This document shows positions 17,570 to 27,690 of a stretch of DNA of 63,101 nucleotides, piece after piece. Source of the DNA: Actinomycetota bacterium (lineage in GTDB: Bacteria; Actinomycetota; Actinomycetes; Nanopelagicales; Nanopelagicaceae). The notes below the pieces were generated by a model that was not told the DNA's origin, ran no database searches, and was given only the letters and a program-made list of their open reading frames with translations. The DNA lies in assembly GCA_009705035.1 (NCBI GenBank), contig WLDB01000001.1, forward strand, positions 1 to 63,101. The letters run 5' to 3'. The first letter of the stretch is position 1. Every line of letters starts with the position of its first letter. Both the position numbers and the translations under genes were made by a program.

Positions 17570-20242
17570 TTAAGCGGCGCCGTGACAGCGCTTAAACTTC
17601 TTTCCTGAACCACAAGGACATTGGCTATTTCTTGAAACCTCGCCTGAAGTAACAGAGCCACTTTCTCCGGGAGCAGTGTAAGTAAGAGGCTTTTCCTGGG
17701 CAGGACCGGTAGCCACACCTTTTGCGGCAATTTTTCCATCGCTAGATTCGACCGTTACTTCAACATTGAAAACTAAGCTTGCAAGCTCTTCCTTGACTGC
17801 ATCCATCATCGCAGCAAAGAGTTCGTACCCTTCGCGCTGGTACTCAACCAATGGGTCGCGCTGTGCCATCGCACGCAAACCGATACCTTCTTGCAGGTAA
17901 TCCATTTCATAGAGATGCTCACGCCATCTCCGATCTAAAACCGAGAGAAGAACCTTGCGCTCGAGTTCACGGAGAACTTCTGCACCAAGATTGGCTTCGC
18001 GTGCTTCATAGGCAGCGGCTGCATCCTCGAGAACGCGGGCTTCAAGGAAATCTGCATCTAGTGCTGCCACTCCCCCAATTTCATTCAACAGTTGATCAAC
18101 GGTGAAGGAAACTGGATATACCAACTTAAGGGCTGTCCAGAGATCAGCCAGGTTCCAATCTTCACTAAATCCTTCGGCAGTAGCTGCGCGCACATAGGCT
18201 GAGAGCGTCTCAGATACAAAGTCTTTTACCTGTGAACCAATATCTTCGCCTTCAAGAACTAGGCGTCGTTCACCATAGATAACTTCACGTTGACGATTCA
18301 TTACATCGTCATACTTAAGGACATTCTTTCGAATTTCAAAGTTTTGCGCCTCTACCTGTGTCTGCGCTGAACGAATTGCGTTGGAGACCATCTTTGATTC
18401 GATCGGTTCATCTTCAGGGAGACCTGCTGCTGAGAGGAATCGCTCAACAAGTGCCGAGTTAAATCGTCGCATGAGTTCATCTTGAAGAGAAAGATAGAAG
18501 CGAGATTCTCCAGGATCGCCTTGGCGTCCTGAACGTCCACGTAACTGATTATCGATACGACGAGATTCATGGCGCTCGGTACCGAGAACATAGAGACCAC
18601 CGAGTGCAATTACCTCTTCATGTTCTGTCGCAATCGCTGCCTTCTGTTTTTCAATTTCACTCGGCCAAGCTGCTTCATATTCAGCTGCATTATCAACTGG
18701 AGAGATGCCGCGACGTTGCAGTTCAAAATCAGCCATGAACTCAGGGTTTCCGCCGAGCATAATGTCTGTACCTCGTCCTGCCATATTTGTCGCGACTGTA
18801 ACCGCGCCCTTTACGCCTGCTCGTGCCACGATAGATGCTTCACGTTCGTGATGCTTTGCATTGAGGACTTCGTGTGGAACGCCAGAACGCTTTAGAAGAG
18901 AAGATAACTCTTCTGATTTTTCAACGCTCACGGTACCGACCAAGACAGGTTGACCCTTGCGATGACGTTCAACAATATCTGCAACTACAGCATGGAATTT
19001 TCCAAGCTCTGATTTGTAAACAAGATCTGGCTCATCGATTCGCTGCATCTCACGGTTTGTAGGGATAGGAACAACACCTAATTTATAGATCTGATGAAAT
19101 TCTGCTGCTTCAGTCATTGCAGTACCGGTCATGCCTGAGATGGTTTCGTATAAACGGAAGTAATTCTGCAAAGTAATTGTGGCTAGGGTCTGATTCTCAT
19201 TTTGAATCTCAATACGCTCTTTCGCTTCAAGTGCTTGATGGAGACCTTCGCTATAGCGACGACCAGAGAGCATGCGTCCTGTATGTTCATCAACAATCAA
19301 GAGCTCACCGTTCATGACGACATAATCTTTATCGCGCTTAAAAAGTTCTTTCGCCTTAATCGAATTGTTGAGGTATCCAATTAGAGTTGTATTTGCAGCT
19401 TCGTAGAGATTTTCAATCCCTAGAAGCTCTTCAACTTTAGTGACACCTTCTTCTAGAATTCCGATTGTCTTTTTCTTCTCATCAACTTCATAGTGCACTT
19501 CGCGTTGTAATTTCACAGCGATATTTGCAAACTCGACATACCATTTGGTGGGCTTATCTGCCGGACCGCTAATGATTAGAGGGGTGCGAGCTTCATCGAT
19601 GAGAATCGAGTCAACTTCATCTACTACGGCAAAGAAGTGATCGCGCTGTACGCAATCTTCGAGTGACCAAGCCATATTGTCGCGAAGGTAATCAAAACCA
19701 AATTCATTATTAGTGCCGTATGTAATATCGCAGTTATAAGCTGCACGTCGCTCGGTGGGAGTCATGCTGTTTACGATTACACCAACTGTGAGACCAAGGA
19801 AACGGTGAATACGTCCCATCCACTCGCTGTCACGCTCGGCCAAATAATCATTAACAGTGACGACGTGAACTCCGCGTCCTGCTAAAGCATTGAGGTATGA
19901 AGGAAGAGTTGCGACGAGCGTCTTTCCTTCACCGGTGCGCATTTCGGCAATATTTCCTAGGTGAAGAGCAGCACCGCCCATAATCTGTACGTCGTAATGC
20001 CGTTGCCCCAATGTGCGCTTTGCCGCTTCGCGGACTACCGCAAAAGCTTCTGGCAGTAAATCATCGAGAGTTTCGCCCTCTTGTAATCGTGCTTTGAATT
20101 GAGCGGTCTTACCTTGAAGCTCAGCATCTGAAAGTGAAGTGATACCTGCCTCGAAACTATTGACTTGATCAACTAGCTTGCTGAGATCGCGAAGGATTTT
20201 TCCTTCGCCGGCGCGCATAATCTTGTCGAGAATCTTTGACAT
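17570..20242 (-). CDS. secA: Preprotein translocase SecA
   Basis: [65 protein letters not shown]. Confidence 0.99.
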   Translation of the reverse strand: MSKILDKIMRAGEGKILRDLSKLVDQVNSFEAGITSLSDAELQGKTAQFKARLQEGETLDDLLPEAFAVVREAAKRTLGQRHYDVQIMGGAALHLGNIAEMRTGEGKTLVATLPSYLNALAGRGVHVVTVNDYLAERDSEWMGRIHRFLGLTVGVIVNSMTPTERRAAYNCDITYGTNNEFGFDYLRDNMAWSLEDCVQRDHFFAVVDEVDSILIDEARTPLIISGPADKPTKWYVEFANIAVKLQREVHYEVDEKKKTIGILEEGVTKVEELLGIENLYEAANTTLIGYLNNSIKAKELFKRDKDYVVMNGELLIVDEHTGRMLSGRRYSEGLHQALEAKERIEIQNENQTLATITLQNYFRLYETISGMTGTAMTEAAEFHQIYKLGVVPIPTNREMQRIDEPDLVYKSELGKFHAVVADIVERHRKGQPVLVGTVSVEKSEELSSLLKRSGVPHEVLNAKHHEREASIVARAGVKGAVTVATNMAGRGTDIMLGGNPEFMADFELQRRGISPVDNAAEYEAAWPSEIEKQKAAIATEHEEVIALGGLYVLGTERHESRRIDNQLRGRSGRQGDPGESRFYLSLQDELMRRFNSALVERFLSAAGLPEDEPIESKMVSNAIRSAQTQVEAQNFEIRKNVLKYDDVMNRQREVIYGERRLVLEGEDIGSQVKDFVSETLSAYVRAATAEGFSEDWNLADLWTALKLVYPVSFTVDQLLNEIGGVAALDADFLEARVLEDAAAAYEAREANLGAEVLRELERKVLLSVLDRRWREHLYEMDYLQEGIGLRAMAQRDPLVEYQREGYELFAAMMDAVKEELASLVFNVEVTVESSDGKIAAKGVATGPAQEKPLTYTAPGESGSVTSGEVSRNSQCPCGSGKKFKRCHGAA

Positions 20243-20256
20243 TAAATAATTACCTT

Positions 20257-20946
20257 TCAGAAGGGAGCTCTCCCACTGCCATATCGTAGTGGTTGCGCCA
20301 CACAGGCAGTAACGGCTCCGATAGCCCTTATTCCCGCTTGATTTAAGGCCTTCTCTGCAGCAAGAAGGGTTGCTCCGGTGGTTACAAGGTCATCAACGAG
20401 TAGCACTCCCTGCGCTTTACCTGCCAATGTCCTATCTTTAACAACAAGAGAATCATTGAGATTATTCCAGCGCTCTTCGCTATTGAGCCCGCTCTGATCT
20501 TTAACCTTCTTTGAATATCCCAAGATAGGAATTATTGGAATGTGAAACTTAGCTGAGAGCGATTGAGTTATAACTTGTAAGAAGTCACGCCCTCTTGTGC
20601 GTACTGCTTGTGGTCGTGAAGGAATAGGAACTAGAGCGAAGATCTGAAGATTAGGTTCTCGCAAAAGTAACTTTTGCATGGAGTGCTCAAGAGCGAGAAT
20701 TACGAATTCTGTTGATTTTCTAACGCTGGATTCTTTTGCTGCCAGAAGAATATGGCTTGCTATCGGAGAGTAAAGAACGCTTGATGAAACCAAGAGAGTA
20801 TTTTTCGAATCGCGCGATAATCTCTGAAAATATGGCTGATGGGACCAGGTTGCGCTACAACTCGGGCAGAGTGAAGCGCCGAGTAAAGAACATGAAATAC
20901 ATCGGGTTGGGAAGATAATCTCATTGAAGCCTTTCAAGAAATCCAT
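20257..20946 (-). CDS. comF: ComF family phosphoribosyltransferase-like protein
   Basis: CxxC...CxxC N-terminus; VPIPS; [13 protein letters not shown]. Confidence 0.9.
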   Translation of the reverse strand: MDFLKGFNEIIFPTRCISCSLLGASLCPSCSATWSHQPYFQRLSRDSKNTLLVSSSVLYSPIASHILLAAKESSVRKSTEFVILALEHSMQKLLLREPNLQIFALVPIPSRPQAVRTRGRDFLQVITQSLSAKFHIPIIPILGYSKKVKDQSGLNSEERWNNLNDSLVVKDRTLAGKAQGVLLVDDLVTTGATLLAAEKALNQAGIRAIGAVTACVAQPLRYGSGRAPF

Positions 20947-20978
20947 CCCGAAATCATCTCCGAGAAAGCATCATCCGA

Positions 20979-22547
20979 TTATTGGTAGAAGTACTCTTCG
21001 TGGAAATCTTCGGGTGTGGGTTTCAAAGGACGACTCAAAATATGAGTTCCAGCTATGCGCGGCAAGGTGAGCACAAAGTGTGCGCCCTTGCCAGGTCTGC
21101 CCCATGCATCGAGTTCACCATTATGTAATCGGGCATCTTCTAGAGCAATCGAAAGTCCAAGACCTGTGCCGCCTCGTACTCGAGCGCGAGAAGGATCCGC
21201 TCGCCAGAATCGATCAAATACGCGAATCAATGATGACTCATCTAGTCCAGATCCAAAATCTCTGACCCCAACGGCAACTTCGCTATCAGTTGAACGAATC
21301 TGAATCTCAATTGGAGTACCTTCGCAATGGTCGAGGGCATTCGAAAGCAAATTTCGCATAATTCGTTCGACGCGGCGCATATCGGCTTTTATGGTGACGG
21401 TTGCGTTATCAGATTTAATTGAGACTCCGGAAGTCTTCTCATCTCCGTTTACTCCCAAGTCCTCAACGCAGCGCTTTATCAGCGAAATGAGATCGAATTC
21501 AATCGGTTCTAGAATCGCTACTTCGGCATCAAAACGTGAAACCTCAAGCAAGTCTTCCAGTAAACGCTCAAAGCGATCTAATTGGGCGACAAGCAACTCA
21601 GCACTTCTCGCTACAGGAGGATCAAAAGATTCGCGATTATTATGAATTACTTCTGAGGCCATGCGTAAAGTTGTCAGTGGTGTTCTTAGTTCGTGCGTAA
21701 CGTCAGAGACAAATCTCTGCTGAACTCGAGATAAATTCTCGAGGCGTGAAATCTGTTGTTCGATTGATTCGGCCATATCATTAAAGGAAATCGCCAGCGT
21801 AGCTAATTCATCTTTCGAATCAATAGGTAGTCGTAAATCAAATTCTCCTTGGGTAAATTGTTTAGCAACACTAGCTGCTTGTCGGACCGGTCGCACTACC
21901 TGGCGAACTACCAGCCATGTAATGAGAGCGATTAGAAATATCAGAGCAAAGCCAGTAACTAGAAGCGAATTTTGAATGAGCGTAATGGTTGAAGCTTGAT
22001 CCGCCAGGGAGAACACAACATACATTTCATACTGACCTGCACTCGGAATATTAATAAGGGAGCCAATAAAGAGTGAGTCAAATGAGATTTCAGAATCATA
22101 AGTCAGAGTTCCGTACTCATAAGCAATTTCAGCGCTCTTGACTACATTTTCACGAAGCGCTGGGGGTACCGAATCTTTGCGTGACTGATTAGAGGCTATC
22201 TCAAAAGATTCTGATTCAATTTTATTGGTAGGACTTTTAATGATTATGACTTCACGCTGTAGCTGTTTAGCTCCTTGCGTGGTCGCTTCTTTGACGATTT
22301 GCGCCAGTACGGTCTCACGCTGTTCAGGAGTTGCAACTTGAGTGATTACAAATTGATACTGCGCATTAAAGAGTGCTAAGCGCGCCTCTGCCAAAGATGA
22401 GTTGAGATTTACTGAACGAATACCATCAGAAAGTCGCGAGTTAAGTGCGGATCCCGTAAGCCAAATAACTCCCAAAGAGAGCAATAGCGTTGATGTTACA
22501 ACTTTGATTGCAATCGAACGCTGAAAGAGAAGGTAAAGACCCTTCAT
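20979..22547 (-). CDS. mtrB: Sensor kinase MtrB
   Basis: RQVVRPVR HAMP, LENLSRVQQRFVSDVTHELRTPLTT, FDRFWRADPSRAR..GGTGLGL. Confidence 0.95.
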   Translation of the reverse strand: MKGLYLLFQRSIAIKVVTSTLLLSLGVIWLTGSALNSRLSDGIRSVNLNSSLAEARLALFNAQYQFVITQVATPEQRETVLAQIVKEATTQGAKQLQREVIIIKSPTNKIESESFEIASNQSRKDSVPPALRENVVKSAEIAYEYGTLTYDSEISFDSLFIGSLINIPSAGQYEMYVVFSLADQASTITLIQNSLLVTGFALIFLIALITWLVVRQVVRPVRQAASVAKQFTQGEFDLRLPIDSKDELATLAISFNDMAESIEQQISRLENLSRVQQRFVSDVTHELRTPLTTLRMASEVIHNNRESFDPPVARSAELLVAQLDRFERLLEDLLEVSRFDAEVAILEPIEFDLISLIKRCVEDLGVNGDEKTSGVSIKSDNATVTIKADMRRVERIMRNLLSNALDHCEGTPIEIQIRSTDSEVAVGVRDFGSGLDESSLIRVFDRFWRADPSRARVRGGTGLGLSIALEDARLHNGELDAWGRPGKGAHFVLTLPRIAGTHILSRPLKPTPEDFHEEYFYQ

Positions 22548-23228
22548 TTAAGATTGGCCGCCCGCCTTGTAGCCAACTCCTCTGATGGTCATCACAATTT
22601 CTGGATGCTCTGGATCATGCTCAATCTTCGAGCGAAGTCGCTGCACGTGCACATTAACAAGCCTGGTATCAGTTGAGTGCCTGTATCCCCAGACCTCACT
22701 TAAAAGCGCATCTCGAGTAAATACTCGTACCGGGTCTTTGGCAAGTGCAACCAATAAATCAAATTCAAGACGAGTCAGTGTTATCTTCTCAGAACCACGA
22801 CGAACTTCATGAGCAGTAACATCAATTGTGATATCACCAATGGTGAGAAGTCCCGTTACATCTGAATTTGTTCTGCGAAGTCTTGTCCGAATACGAGCAA
22901 TTAGTTCGGCTTCATCTCTAAATGGCTTCTGCATATAATCATCTGCGCCCGCTTCTAGCCCTCGAACAATGTCGAGGGTCTCACCTTTTGCGCTGAGCAT
23001 GACTATTGGCACCATTGATTCAGCCCGAATTAATTTACAGACTTCAATTCCGTCGATTCCTGGCAACATCACATCAAGTAAGACGAGATCTGGAGGATTA
23101 CTTCTAAATACCTCCAGTGCCTCGTCTCCTCGATTGACTAGATCTACATCAAAGCCAGAGCTCGTTAAAACAATCCCCAGCATCTCCGCAAGATCTTGGT
23201 CGTCATCGACGACCATAATTAATGACAT
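22548..23228 (-). CDS. mtrA: Response regulator MtrA
   Basis: VVDDD..LAEMLGIVL, VWGYRH..DTRLVNVHVQRLRSKIE.DPE.P. Confidence 0.96.
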   Translation of the reverse strand: MSLIMVVDDDQDLAEMLGIVLTSSGFDVDLVNRGDEALEVFRSNPPDLVLLDVMLPGIDGIEVCKLIRAESMVPIVMLSAKGETLDIVRGLEAGADDYMQKPFRDEAELIARIRTRLRRTNSDVTGLLTIGDITIDVTAHEVRRGSEKITLTRLEFDLLVALAKDPVRVFTRDALLSEVWGYRHSTDTRLVNVHVQRLRSKIEHDPEHPEIVMTIRGVGYKAGGQS

Positions 23229-24509
23229 TTAAGAACCGTGCTCCCAAGAGTTCAAGTAAAGCTCTTGAGCTGTTGTGAGGGTATCAATCTTGCCGCCCAT
23301 TGACTTGAGCTTAAGTGATGCAACTTCCTTATCGATGTAGACAGGAACATCATGAACTCCAGGCTTGAGATTCTTCGCCTCTTTAACGAGGTATTCAGCT
23401 GTCAACGCTTGATCAGAGAATGACATATCCATAACTGATGCAGGGTGTCCTTCTGCAGCGCCAAGGTTAACGAGACGACCTTCGGCGATAAGTAGCAAAC
23501 GACGTCCATCTGCTAGAACGTACTCATCTGTCTGGTGGCGCATCTTTGCATTCTTTGACTTTGCTTTTTGCTCTAACCAAGCAACATCAATTTCAATGTC
23601 AAAGTGGCCAGAGTTAGCCATGATTGCGCCATCTTTCATCACCAAGAAGTGCTCTTCGCGAAGTACATCGCGATTGCCGGTTACAGTGATGAAGACATCG
23701 CCTACTTTGGCTGCCTCTGACATTGGCATTACGCGGAATCCCTGCATCATGGCATCGAGCGCCTTGGTTGGATCGATTTCAGTAACAATTACATCTGCAC
23801 CCATACCCTTTGAGCGTTCTGCAACACCTTTTCCGCAATATCCGAATCCTGCAACAACCACAATTTTTCCAGCAAGCAGGAAGTTTGTAGCGCGGAATAC
23901 TGCATCAAGAGTTGATTGTCCTGTGCCATAACGGTTGTCAAACATATGCTTTGTATCTGTATCGTTAACAGCAATCATCGGAAATGTAAGGGCTCCATCT
24001 TTAGCCATTTGATTAAGACGGATGACTCCGGTCGTAGTCTCTTCGCATCCGCCTGTAATTGTTGGCAGAAGCTCACGACGAGTTGTGTGGAGTGTATTTA
24101 CAAGGTCGCAGCCATCATCAAAAACTTGGTGAGGCTCAATATCTAAAGCAGCATTAATGTGTGAGTAGTAACCATCACGATCGACAGCGTTGCGTGCAAA
24201 GACTGAGATTCCGTATTCGTGTACAAGTGCTGCAGCAGTGTCATCCTGTGTTGAAAGTGGATTCGATGCACAGAGAGCAATCTCTGCTCCTCCTGCCTTA
24301 AGAACGCGCATCAAGTTAGCGGTCTCTGTTGTTACGTGCATACATGCTGCGATTCGCACACCTGTAAAAGGTTGTGACTTCTCAAAACGCTGGCGAATTT
24401 CAGCTAAGACGGGCATATTGCGCTCTGCCCATTCGATGCGCTTGCGACCTTCAGCTGCTAGCGATGCATCTGCAATATCGTGTTTTGGAACTGTGGTTGT
24501 TGATGCCAT
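23229..24509 (-). CDS. ahcY: Adenosylhomocysteinase (short form)
   Basis: [53 protein letters not shown]. Confidence 0.97.
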   Translation of the reverse strand: MASTTTVPKHDIADASLAAEGRKRIEWAERNMPVLAEIRQRFEKSQPFTGVRIAACMHVTTETANLMRVLKAGGAEIALCASNPLSTQDDTAAALVHEYGISVFARNAVDRDGYYSHINAALDIEPHQVFDDGCDLVNTLHTTRRELLPTITGGCEETTTGVIRLNQMAKDGALTFPMIAVNDTDTKHMFDNRYGTGQSTLDAVFRATNFLLAGKIVVVAGFGYCGKGVAERSKGMGADVIVTEIDPTKALDAMMQGFRVMPMSEAAKVGDVFITVTGNRDVLREEHFLVMKDGAIMANSGHFDIEIDVAWLEQKAKSKNAKMRHQTDEYVLADGRRLLLIAEGRLVNLGAAEGHPASVMDMSFSDQALTAEYLVKEAKNLKPGVHDVPVYIDKEVASLKLKSMGGKIDTLTTAQELYLNSWEHGS

Positions 24510-24613
24510 TTTTTTCTACTTCTCCCTAAATAGGCCCTGAATGGGCGCTTCTCTTTTTCGCTTGACCTTCGGCGTAGGGCTCTACTGTGCTGATCGGCTA
24601 TGGGTAAAGATTA
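24510..24613 (-). promoter_or_regulatory. ahcY promoter (-10 TAATCT) and ~90-nt structured 5' leader
   Basis: TAATCT at 24608-13; the leader has GCCCTA complementary both to AGGGC and to TAGGG of the SD. Confidence 0.4.
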
Positions 24614-24644
24614 CTGGGTGCAGTAGATATTGGCAGAATCAAGC

Positions 24645-25997
24645 TCAGATGCGAATCGTGTTGAGCACAGATTCCCTCATGGATTCCATCTCTACCATCG
24701 TTGCTGCTTCAACATTGAGTCTCAGCAGAGGTTCGGTATTGGATGCACGAAGGTTAAACCACCAGGTATCGGCTGAAACCGTGAGGCCATCAAGGTGATC
24801 AATTTCGATTCCAGGGCGCGCTGAATAAATGTTCTCAATTTCACTAATCGCTGTTGGTGCATCTGCCACTGTTGAGTTAATTTCTCCGCTCGAGAAATAA
24901 CGATTAAATGGGGAGAGTAAGTGCGAAAGACTCTGATCGCTACCGCCTAGCGCTGCAATTGCATGCAAGGCAGCAAGCATTCCAGAATCAGCTCTCCAAA
25001 AGTCGCGGAAATAAAAATGACCCGAATGTTCTCCACCGAAAACCGCTCCGGTCTCGGCCATAAGCTTCTTGATGTACGAGTGACCAACGCGAGAGCGCAC
25101 CGCTTTACCGCCATTTTCAGCGATTATTTCTGGGACTGCTCGAGATGAGATGAGATTATAAATAATTGTTGACTCAGGATATTTTGCTAGCTCTCGTGAT
25201 GCAATAAGCGAAGTGAGTGATGATGGGTTTACAAGGTCGCCATTCTCGTCAACTAAAAAGCAACGATCTGCATCTCCATCGAAGGCAAGTCCAAGGTCAG
25301 CTTTATTCTTACGCACTGCGCTCTGCAAATCTCTAAGATTTGCAGGGTCGATGGGATTTGCTTCATGGTTCGGAAAAGAGCCATCGAGTTCGTAATAGAG
25401 CTCAATAATCTCAGCATTTAGTGAGGCAAAGACCGCTGGGGCAGTGTGGCCTGCCATACCGTTTCCGGCATCAACGACAATCTTGAGTTTTCTAATCTGC
25501 GTTGTGTCGACTAGCGCGTGTAAGTGCGCAACATAATCTGCCAACATATCTTCTCTGCGCTCTACACCGACTTGAGTTGTAGAAATTGGAGAACCCTCTT
25601 GGACATATTTTTCAATTCGCTGTAGTCCTGATTCTTTTCCGATCGGGCGGGCCCCACTCAAACATAATTTGATTCCGTTATAGGCGGCAGGATTGTGGCT
25701 AGCTGTAAACATAGCCCCCGGAAGATTAAGTTTTCCTGCCGCAAAATAGAGCATATCGGTAGACGCTAAACCGATTCGAAGAATATCTAACCCTTGCGAC
25801 ATTACTCCTGCGCTAAATGCATCAGCAAGTTCGGGTGATGAGGGACGCATATCCTCGCCAATGACAACTGTTGCTGGTTCGCGTTCTTCTTTGAGAAAAC
25901 GTGCATATGCAACACCAGTTGCGAATGCAAAATCAGCGGTGAGCTCATCTTCAACTAGCCCACGTATGTCATAAGCTTTGAAAATTGAAATGGTCAT
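24645..25997 (-). CDS. manB: Phosphomannomutase/phosphoglucomutase
   Basis: FKAYDIRG, TASHNP, FDGDADR, GGEHSGHFYF, RASNTEP. Confidence 0.95.
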   Translation of the reverse strand: MTISIFKAYDIRGLVEDELTADFAFATGVAYARFLKEEREPATVVIGEDMRPSSPELADAFSAGVMSQGLDILRIGLASTDMLYFAAGKLNLPGAMFTASHNPAAYNGIKLCLSGARPIGKESGLQRIEKYVQEGSPISTTQVGVERREDMLADYVAHLHALVDTTQIRKLKIVVDAGNGMAGHTAPAVFASLNAEIIELYYELDGSFPNHEANPIDPANLRDLQSAVRKNKADLGLAFDGDADRCFLVDENGDLVNPSSLTSLIASRELAKYPESTIIYNLISSRAVPEIIAENGGKAVRSRVGHSYIKKLMAETGAVFGGEHSGHFYFRDFWRADSGMLAALHAIAALGGSDQSLSHLLSPFNRYFSSGEINSTVADAPTAISEIENIYSARPGIEIDHLDGLTVSADTWWFNLRASNTEPLLRLNVEAATMVEMESMRESVLNTIRI

Positions 25998-26356
25998 GAA
26001 GGAACTGCACGCAAATGGCCACGACGACCCAGGTTAGAAGAGTCTTTAGTTACTATCTCGGCTTCTGCAGAATCAGATGCACGCGCAACTTCACGGATCG
26101 CATCTGCAATCGCCATAAGATCGTCCTCATTTGGTCCAGGACTTTCGGTTACAAGCGCCTCGCGATCAACGCTCCAACCATTCGGAACAGTGAGCTTGGA
26201 TGCATGGCGCGCACAAAGATCGTATGCATGCGGTTCGGAGAACGCTGCAATTGGCCCAAGAACTGCCTTAGATTCGGCGTAGATATATGTGAGTGTCATT
26301 GTGGCAGTTGCGCGACAACTTACGCGCGAACAAGAGCGGCCTGAAAATGAACTCAT
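25994..26356 (-). CDS. DUF3499 family protein (Rv3258c-like)
   Basis: CSR..C...A..TLTY.YA.S.AVLGP, EPHAYDLC..HA....P.GW, RRGHLR. Confidence 0.92.
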   Translation of the reverse strand: MSSFSGRSCSRVSCRATATMTLTYIYAESKAVLGPIAAFSEPHAYDLCARHASKLTVPNGWSVDREALVTESPGPNEDDLMAIADAIREVARASDSAEAEIVTKDSSNLGRRGHLRAVPS

Positions 26357-26388
26357 AGCGAGAAGATTAGTGGAAGACGATGCTTAAA

Positions 26389-27690
26389 CTATGGAATCAA
26401 CACTCGAATATCTGATTGCGGAACAGATGAACGAGTGAGAGCTGTACCCGGAAGAAGAGGCGCATATCCAGAACCGCTCGTGGAATTGATTAAAGCTGAG
26501 CCATAGGTATCTGATGAGCTCTTCTGGATCTTCACCGTGCGCGCCTTCGCCCCAACTTGATATGTAACGAGACCTGATCCGCGGAGTTCAACTTTGAAGA
26601 TCTTTCCCTTTGGAGCACCAATTTCTAAATCAACTGAAATCTTTTCGCCCGTGAAGACCAGTAAAGGCGATGTGCCCGTTACTGAGTAAATACTCGGTTC
26701 GAGTTCTGGAACCGGCGTACTCCAGAGAAAATCTGACTTACCGCTTACGAGAGTCTTTGAGAAAACCGCAGCCACAATTGGGCGATCAGCTTTCAGCTCA
26801 AGTGCAAAACGAGGGTTTGATGTCAATACGTTTAGAGGGAGATCAATAACTTTACCTGGTGCGATAAGTCGTCCATCAACTCCTGCAGGAGCAAATGACT
26901 CGTTAGCTGAGATGACATTTGCTTTAATTTCTGCGCTTACATCACCTGGCACCATTATGCGGAGAATGTGTTGCTGAATACTCCCTCTCGAAGGAATATG
27001 CGGAATTGCAGGAATAAATAATGAGCGCGAAGGCGTGGATATTGAGTTTACGGAATCTCCACCTAAAGTTTGAAGACCTCGACCACGTTCATCAACCAAG
27101 AATGCATTGACTCGGCCCGATTGCGAAACCACATTGATTACTAAGGCGCGCGAACCCGGTGTCAGATAGGAAAGGCGCACACTCTTTACCGAGTTGGCCT
27201 TGACTGGTATTACCTGTTCTATTTGCGATCCGGCCTCAGTAAATACTGAAACTCCAACAAGAGCACGACCTAACCCGCTATTAACGAGAGTTAATCTTCC
27301 CTTTGAGGTGACATCTGCGCTACCACCGACAAACCATTGAGAAGTTATTGGCGCTAAACAGGTTACCGCTCCCGCCCATATACCCGAACGCGTCTGCCAA
27401 GAGATAGGAGTAATCTCTTGCGAATCAATAACAATTGCTTGCTCACCCCCGGCTAGCCGACTCTTTCCTGATTCTTTAAATGTCATCGTCGAAGTTCCTG
27501 ATTTGCGGACCAAAGCTTTAGAAGATGCGAGTGAAATAAATGAGTCTTCATTCTCGCTATCAGCAGGACAGACAACTGCAGGATAGCTTTCAGTATATGC
27601 AACCTTATTTGTAGTAAATGAGAGCAAATTAACCGTAAGAATAACAACAATTAGAGCTGCAAAAAGATGAACGTTTCTATTTCTTATCAT
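26389..27690 (-). CDS. DUF5719-like secreted/anchored protein
   Basis: N-terminal TM, VVCP, QWFVGG...LTLVN; synteny downstream of the GT2. Confidence 0.75.
   Translation of the reverse strand: MIRNRNVHLFAALIVVILTVNLLSFTTNKVAYTESYPAVVCPADSENEDSFISLASSKALVRKSGTSTMTFKESGKSRLAGGEQAIVIDSQEITPISWQTRSGIWAGAVTCLAPITSQWFVGGSADVTSKGRLTLVNSGLGRALVGVSVFTEAGSQIEQVIPVKANSVKSVRLSYLTPGSRALVINVVSQSGRVNAFLVDERGRGLQTLGGDSVNSISTPSRSLFIPAIPHIPSRGSIQQHILRIMVPGDVSAEIKANVISANESFAPAGVDGRLIAPGKVIDLPLNVLTSNPRFALELKADRPIVAAVFSKTLVSGKSDFLWSTPVPELEPSIYSVTGTSPLLVFTGEKISVDLEIGAPKGKIFKVELRGSGLVTYQVGAKARTVKIQKSSSDTYGSALINSTSGSGYAPLLPGTALTRSSVPQSDIRVLIP

Noticed and set aside
24510-24644. Canonical SAH or SAM-I/IV riboswitch
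   Set aside because: Conserved core sequences are not recognisable by eye; kept only as a candidate novel leader.
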